A stretch of DNA of 63,220 nucleotides, filler included, from Lenisia limosa (Eukaryota; Protista; Breviatea), in the NCBI GenBank assembly GCA_001655205.1. It is 18 parts of 18 records of this genome, joined end to end, with 100 filler letters (N's around TTAATTAATTAA, not from the genome) between each part and the next. Parts side by side here need not be neighbours in the genome. Positions count along the whole stretch, not along the records: positions 61,053 to 63,220 come from LPNZ01005336.1; 17 more parts are not named here. One strand, 5' to 3'. The notes under the pieces were generated by a model. It worked only from the letters and a program-made list of their open reading frames with translations, was not told where the DNA came from and made no database searches. Shown here in pieces: positions 62,311 through 63,220 of the stretch (its first letter is position 1; each line of letters starts with the position of its first letter). Both the position numbers and the translations under genes were made by a program.

Positions 62311-62930
62311 ATGCTGAAAGCATTCTTAATACTTGCTTTATTGGCACTTTTTTGCCAAGCAGGTAGGAGGAGAGCCCATATTTCTTTGTTGTAACAGTGT
62401 TTGGCCGCTCTAAGTCTCTATTTTAGACATCAATGATTGGGAGCAACTTGCGCAATCCGGTGATCAGCCATCTGTTCGCCAAGGAATCGCCAGCAGCCTA
62501 GTTGATGGCCTGCTTTACATGTTTGGCGGTGGTGTTGGAGCCTCGGATACGCAAATGTTCATCTACAATATTGGTAAGAGGAAAAAGAAGACTGAGGTTC
62601 ATGTTGCCGTTTCTTTTTAGATGCTCTTTGCCCCTTTCGTCACCATTTTGCTAGGATCATCAATTTGGACATCATCGGTGAGTGCTGGCGGCCCTTCAGC
62701 CAGCGAAGGACACGGATTAATTAATCTTAACGGCAAATTGATTGTTAACGGCCACAACGTGGATGTGGGTCTGGGATGGGGTTTTTGTTTTTGAATTGTG
62801 ATAATAAATTGTTTAATCGAAGAGAGGGAGAGGATGATGGTGATAATGATTTGGTTCACTGGGGACAAGATCGTTTTTGTTCAAAGCCCTTCCAATGGCT
62901 TTCATACCTCAATGATGAATACAGATTTAT
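62311..62930 (+). CDS. Secreted or surface kelch-repeat protein, 5' part
   Basis: Signal-peptide-like MLKAFLILALLALFCQA; kelch-like GDQPSVRQGIASSLVDGLLYMFGGG and GGPSASEGHGLINLNGKLIVNG. Confidence 0.7.
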
Positions 62931-63220
62931 TGGAATTAAAAGGTCTCTAAGTACCCTCTTAATTATAAGAGGAAGAGTGTTTTTGGTTTTGGCCCTTCAA
63001 TTTTCGATTTGTGGAGTAGGTTTTTTTCCTCTTTCCTTGGCCCCTGCAATTGCTCTTTTGGATGGTTTCATTAAAGCACTTCAGATTCTCGTTTTGCAGG
63101 TGTTTATATCATCTTTTCATAGTATTGTATTTACTTTAAACATATTTAATCTCAATAAATTCACCCCTCCAACAGGGGTTCATTCTACTTTGCTGTTTGG
63201 TCAGTCTTTCGTTACTCACC

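Noticed and set aside
1-63220. Gene neighbourhoods such as dynein-NF1-POLR3F-ARMC9-ATAD2 as a functional cluster
   Set aside because: The genes lie on different scaffolds separated by linkers; adjacency is artefactual.

Overview
Eukaryotic nuclear DNA, not one locus. Seventeen identical 100-bp linkers (44 N + TTAATTAATTAA + 44 N) join 18 short draft scaffolds, so adjacency across a linker carries no meaning. Genes are very intron-dense, with short exons, AT-rich GT-AG introns and a standard genetic code, so the ORF track mostly misses them; I assembled them by reading exons by eye. Recognisable gene fragments: ARPC1, PRPF3, a REJ-GPS polycystin-1-like receptor, GMPPB, intron-containing tRNA-Tyr, a Cys-rich surface protein, profilin, an outer-arm axonemal dynein heavy chain, NF1, POLR3F, probable UTP20, ARMC9, ATAD2/Yta7, POLE, RPN10/PSMD4, PPIP5K/VIP1, OGDH and a secreted kelch protein. 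Together these suggest a ciliated or amoeboflagellate protist; the species is not determinable here. The most unusual signal is in the introns. Two unrelated ~150-170 bp repeat families recur in unrelated genes, mostly in host-gene sense, and run exactly into the 3' splice site. One of them (family B) also starts at the GT donor in two copies, which makes it introner-like. Introns also show G-runs after donors, C-runs before acceptors, repeated local duplications of splice sites and several small TIR (MITE-like) families. Coordinates of spliced genes span the first to last recognised exon.
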